A stretch of DNA of 63,216 bases, counting the filler, from Phoronis australis (Eukaryota; Animalia; Phoronida): assembly GCA_002633005.1 (NCBI GenBank). It is 12 parts of 12 records of this genome, joined end to end, with 100 filler letters (N's around TTAATTAATTAA, not from the genome) between each part and the next. Parts side by side here need not be neighbours in the genome. Positions count along the whole stretch, not along the records: positions 59,885 to 63,216 come from NMRA01003086.1; 11 more parts are not named here. The stretch is one strand, 5' to 3'. This document shows, in pieces, positions 61,694 to 63,216 of the stretch. Position 1 is the stretch's first letter, and every line of letters starts with the position of its first letter. A program made the position numbers and the translations under genes. The notes below the pieces were generated by a model. The model saw only the letters and a list, made by a program, of their open reading frames with translations, ran no database searches and was not told the origin of the DNA.

Positions 61694-63216
61694 AAATAGT
61701 CTTCAAATGCCCAAAAGACCAAATCCGTTTTTCGTGTTGGCAATAATGACGGGATTGCTTTGGAAATCGTCTTAAGATAAGATTGACAAAGAGAGTATTG
61801 CGAGTTTCTGAGTGATTCACTAAGGCTTCGATTAAAATTCACATCTTACCAGCAGCTTCTGTTTTCTCATCGTCACTCAGGTTCCATTCTCTTCAAAAAA
61901 TGAAGTAAATTTTCTTCATTGCACAGTGGAGCAGACGACGAAAACGGAGTCGTAGTGCGCAGCGTCACTGCTGGTCGCCTGGGATATCGCGGGAGAGCCT
62001 ATATACTTAGCCATAGTTCCGTTACGAATGCGCCGTGTTCCGAATTTGACACTTGAAATTGGGGTTTGAGCCCCCTCCCCCCCAAACACTAAAACTGCAC
62101 ACATTTAAATCTTCTTTCATCCGTATAATTTTAATTACCGGGGTTAATTAATAAACTCACCATTTCCCCGACGCTCTTACTGTTTTATTTTTTTTGCGGC
62201 AGCCAAGGGAGGGGACCGGGCCCCCTGGCCCCCCCCTAAATCCGCCTATGCACTACCGAGCTGCAAAGCACATGCTCAAAATAAACTCGCATAAAGTGAA
62301 AACAACAGGGTGCGCGACACAGTTAATTGTGGATGTTGAATGGTTAAAAGTTTTGAGCCTATTTATTTGGCAGATGCGCGAGTCGAAGAGGTGTGCTACC
62401 GGGTATTTTATCGGGGTTGGTTAGCCGATGCAGATTTAAAACTACAATCTGGAGAGCCACCGACTTTTAATACCTTGTATATAAAGATCATGTTCGTTTG
62501 AGTCAAGTGAAAACACGGAAACGAAGTGGCTGAATATCAGTGGATATTGTGATGTGCACTTGTTCCAAGAATACGTGATCTATTATTTACTTTTGTGACC
62601 AATGAGCTTTATTTACCCTGGTATGAGAACCTCACCCGAAGATGCACCACCTGAACAATGTTTATTTAAACAATGAACAATGAACAATTTTTATTTCTCT
62701 AAAAAGTACTCTACTGTGGTACAAGAGAACTTCTTAGATACAGTACAAATACCATACAAATATCAAATGGCAAGGCAACAAGTATGTACGGTTGCTGGGA
62801 AAGGACATGCTCATTTATCCTTATCCTAACTAGAGTACTCACTTATAAGTCCCGCGCCCAGTTCTCAGTCAGGTGGTGGAGTTATAAGTTGGGAGTCCCA
62901 GTTCATAAATGGGGCGCTCGACTTAAAAGTCGGGTTCTTGTGTTAGGAAAAATAAATTAACATGTCCTTTCCCAGCCATGAAAGTAAATATAACTAAACA
63001 AAATCACATAACAAAATAAGTAAGGACTTATGTTCCTCATTTTCTCAACCTTAATCAGGCCGATAACTATGCAGTGTACGATATATCGAAAAGACAACAA
63101 AATTACACCACAGTAATAGGTGGTGAATAGGTTCTACTTTATGTTGTATCTTCTTCAAAGTTGAAATGAGGGTAGCTTTCGTGCAATTTGATTTGGAGCT
63201 CTCTCTCTCTCCCTCC

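Noticed and set aside
61372-61842. ORFs spanning the N gap
   Set aside because: They are open only because of Ns.
1-63216. Functional gene cluster (photolyase, astacin, MTO1, Kazal protein, esterase)
   Set aside because: The genes are on separate contigs joined by artificial linkers.

Overview
This is animal (probably marine invertebrate) genomic DNA, AT-rich, with spliceosomal introns. It is not one locus. Eleven artificial 100-bp linkers (N44-TTAATTAATTAA-N44) join twelve contigs, so adjacency across linkers means nothing. Recognisable genes or gene pieces: a secreted, neuroligin-type non-catalytic carboxylesterase; a ZFP91-family-like C2H2 protein; a VMO1 exon; the C-terminal half of a compact USP; agrin-like follistatin/Kazal exons; a (6-4) photolyase; astacin+EGF exons; and MTO1. 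Transposon debris includes Penelope with a hammerhead remnant, Harbinger, a CR1/L2 LINE, Kolobok-like and THAP fragments, LTR pieces, MITEs and tRNA-SINEs. The main find is a 6.1-kb apparent satellite (27515-33638, about 790-bp units). Each of its eight units hides a frame-preserving 48/54-nt minus-strand microexon with a non-canonical GC donor, encoding GFPxVDNNS(T)6-8E. It lies downstream of Kazal exons, so it reads as a mucin-like glycosylated stalk built from tandemly duplicated microexons. Also notable is a TA-to-TACATGTA insertion inside a minisatellite, matching the Tc1-type excision footprint, in a window where TACATGTA is over-represented.
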